Below are positions 19,735 through 20,000 of a DNA stretch of 20,000 bases, piece by piece. The notes below the pieces were generated by a model, which saw only the letters and a list, made by a program, of their open reading frames with translations, was not told where the DNA came from and made no database searches. Within the stretch, counting starts at the first letter, position 1. The number at the start of each line of letters is the position of its first letter. Location of the stretch: IMG/VR virus record IMGVR_UViG_3300027708_001828; one strand, given 5' to 3'. The stretch is from an uncultured virus (IMG/VR IMGVR_UViG_3300027708_001828). Lineage: Duplodnaviria; Heunggongvirae; Uroviricota; Caudoviricetes. Both the position numbers and the translations under genes were made by a program.

Positions 19735-20000
19735 ATGCCTTTAAATATCTGGACACAACCAACAGGTTATAGTTTTGGAACATTTCCTGAGCAAGTATCG
19801 GTTAACTTACCATTACCGTTAATACCTGCGGCAGGATTTAACGGCGTGCCGCCGCCAAGCTACGACGGAACTGGGCACCATCCTACAGCACCGTTACGCA
19901 ATAGTGCAGGAGCACCATTTGCTCGAAATGCAGTAAACAGCTATACAGATGGCTTACATGCTATGCGTACTGATCTAGCCAATGCTCGCACAGTTAGTAA
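19735..20000 (+). CDS. Partial gene (not in the ORF track); N-terminal segment followed by the probable start of an animal-type heme peroxidase domain
   Basis: Manual translation, open to the window edge: MPLNIWTQPTGYSFGTFPEQVSVNLPLPLIPAAGFNGVPPPSYDGTGHHPTAPLRNSAGAPFARNAVNSYTDGLHAMRTDLANARTVS. The CDS call is firm; the domain call is tentative. Confidence 0.6.
   Translation, partial: MPLNIWTQPTGYSFGTFPEQVSVNLPLPLIPAAGFNGVPPPSYDGTGHHPTAPLRNSAGAPFARNAVNSYTDGLHAMRTDLANARTVS

Overview
This window looks like part of a large T4-like (myovirus-type) bacteriophage genome. That assignment is inferred from T4 gp9/gp10-like N-termini, repeated TAAATA late-promoter motifs, tightly packed genes and phage-type auxiliary genes. 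Ser/Thr/Gly-rich virion or fibre genes occupy both ends: a partial minus-strand gene at 1-640, a 483-aa gene, a 4416-aa giant, two short gp9/gp10-like genes and a partial gene at 19735-20000. Between them is a ~3.3-kb island with a sigma70-driven queD-like / small membrane protein / uvsE operon, a small Lys-rich protein, an Fe/Mn superoxide dismutase, a Zn-ribbon protein and an ErpA/IscA Fe-S carrier. Two signals stand out. First, a compact H-type pseudoknot resembling a divergent preQ1-I riboswitch lies between the sigma70 promoter and the queD ribosome-binding site. Second, the last gene, which is missing from the ORF track, encodes what looks like the start of an animal-type heme peroxidase domain in a virion-gene cluster. 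There are also three back-to-back late-promoter pairs, two apparently leaderless genes, an operator-like palindrome and a 29/30-nt repeat at the 3' ends of two adjacent genes. All calls come from reading motifs by eye; no searches were run.
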